From: the human T2T-CHM13v2.0 reference genome, Homo sapiens
Length of the DNA stretch: 64,000 nucleotides
Assembly: GCF_009914755.1 (NCBI RefSeq)
Contig: NC_060946.1
Strand: one strand, 5' to 3'
A program made the translations under genes and the position numbers. The notes beneath the pieces are model-generated. The model saw nothing but the letters and a program-made list of their open reading frames with translations. It was not told the origin of the DNA and searched no databases. Below are positions 62,590 through 64,000 of this stretch, piece by piece (within the stretch, counting starts at the first letter, position 1; every line of letters begins with the position of its first letter).

Positions 62590-63056
62590 TTTCATGCGCG
62601 TCCGTGTGAAGAGACCACCAAACAGGCTTTGTGTGAGCAATATGGCTGTTTATTTCACCTGGGTGCAGGCGGGCTGAGTCCAAAAAGAGAGTCAGCGAAG
62701 GGAGATAGGGGTGGGGCCATTTTATAGGATTTGGGAAGGTAATGGAAAATTACAGTCAAAGGGGGTTGTTCTCTGGTGGGCAGGGGTGGATCTCACAAAG
62801 TACTTTCTCAAGGGTGGGGAGAATTACAAAGAACCTTCTTAAGGGTGGGGGAGACTACAAAGTACCTTCTTAAGGGTGGGGGAGATTACAAAGTACATTG
62901 ATCAGTTAGGGTGGGGCAGGAACAAATCACAATGGTGGAATGTCATCAGTTAAGGCTGTTTTTACCTCTTTTGTGGATCTTCAGTTACTTCAGGCCATCT
63001 GGATGTATACGTGCAAGTCACAGGGGATGCGATGGCTTGGGCTCAGAGGCCTGACA
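62590..63056 (-). mobile_element. HERV-H solo LTR (LTR7 family, probably LTR7Y or LTR7B)
   Basis: Minus strand starts TGTCAGGCCTCTGAGCCCAAGCC and ends GCGCATGAAA; 5-bp TSD CTTCT on both sides; TATA at 62720-62726; ~31-bp internal tandem repeats. Confidence 0.9.
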
Positions 63057-63870
63057 CTTCTCATACCTTTTTTCTCTCTTCCCAATTCTCTCTCTCACAC
63101 ACACTACCCTGGAGTTTCTCATTTAACACCCTCCATGCTCCAAAGAAAGCCTATAAAACAAAGAAACCCCTGTTTCACTTGAAGACTAAGTGGCAGGATT
63201 GGTCTCTTCTATCTCTCTTTTTCTCCTCCCCTCCTTACTTTCTCCTGGTTCTGCATTTTATAGGTTGTCTAAACCTCTCTCATGAGCCCTCTAGCTCTTG
63301 TTTCAGGCTCTCTTGGCCCATCTTCCTCTGCCCACAAATGTCCCTGATCAGTCTGATAGGGACAGGAAGGGGTGGGGACCAGAACATTCTGCTGGAAAAG
63401 ATAACATTATCTGGCTCAGGAAGGGGAGGGGAATGTTTAGGAACATTTGCGCCTCAGTAAATTTTAACTCCTCATTGTATCATACCATTTATTCAACAGA
63501 TCATTTGCCTGGGACATACAATGGTAAACATGACACCTAAAGTTTTTTCTCCCACTCAGTTTAATGGGGAATGAATGCGGAAAAGTACAGAGCTGTTTGC
63601 AAATATTCTATGATAGGGGCTGTGGGGGCGGGAAGCATGGGGTTGGGGGCGGACCCTTCTTGTGCCTACCTCTACTCAGACCGTCCCAGAACATCTGACC
63701 ACTTGCTTGACACCTTGATGTGAATGTCTAATACACATCTCAAACAAAACCGGACCAAACATAACTGAAGCTACACTTTTCAAGTTGTTCAGGCTAAATG
63801 TCTGGAATGATCCATAACCCTTCTCTTTCTCTCACACCTCACATTCTAATCCATTGGCAATTCCTACTAG

Positions 63871-63999
<129 letters not shown>

Positions 64000-64000
64000 T

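Overview
Human (primate) genomic DNA, very Alu-rich, recognisable as the chr22q12.1 TPST2-CRYBB1-CRYBA4 interval. Positions 1 to ~20.5 kb are the first intron and CpG-island promoter/non-coding first exon of TPST2 (minus strand; assigned from recalled gene order because no TPST2 coding exon lies in the window). CRYBB1 (betaB1-crystallin; 6 exons, minus strand; CDS 759 nt = 252 aa) and CRYBA4 (betaA4-crystallin; 6 exons, plus strand; CDS 591 nt = 196 aa) sit head-to-head ~3.9 kb apart. All their coding exons could be rebuilt with GT-AG junctions and open frames. Almost all other ORFs in the six-frame track are Alu or simple-repeat artefacts. Most interesting unexplained structures: (1) a ~65-bp x7 minisatellite in CRYBA4 intron 3, amplified from a MER3 transposon end plus its target-site duplication, that forms an array of canonical heat-shock elements inside a lens gene; (2) an in-frame upstream ATG in the tiny CRYBA4 exon 1, resembling betaA3/A1 leaky scanning; (3) a pristine AluYa5 and an AluYb-lineage copy in CRYBB1 introns; (4) MER11 and LTR7-family solo LTRs with intact TSDs; (5) a strong splice donor on the divergent side of the TPST2 promoter. 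All functional readings are hypotheses; no database search was run.
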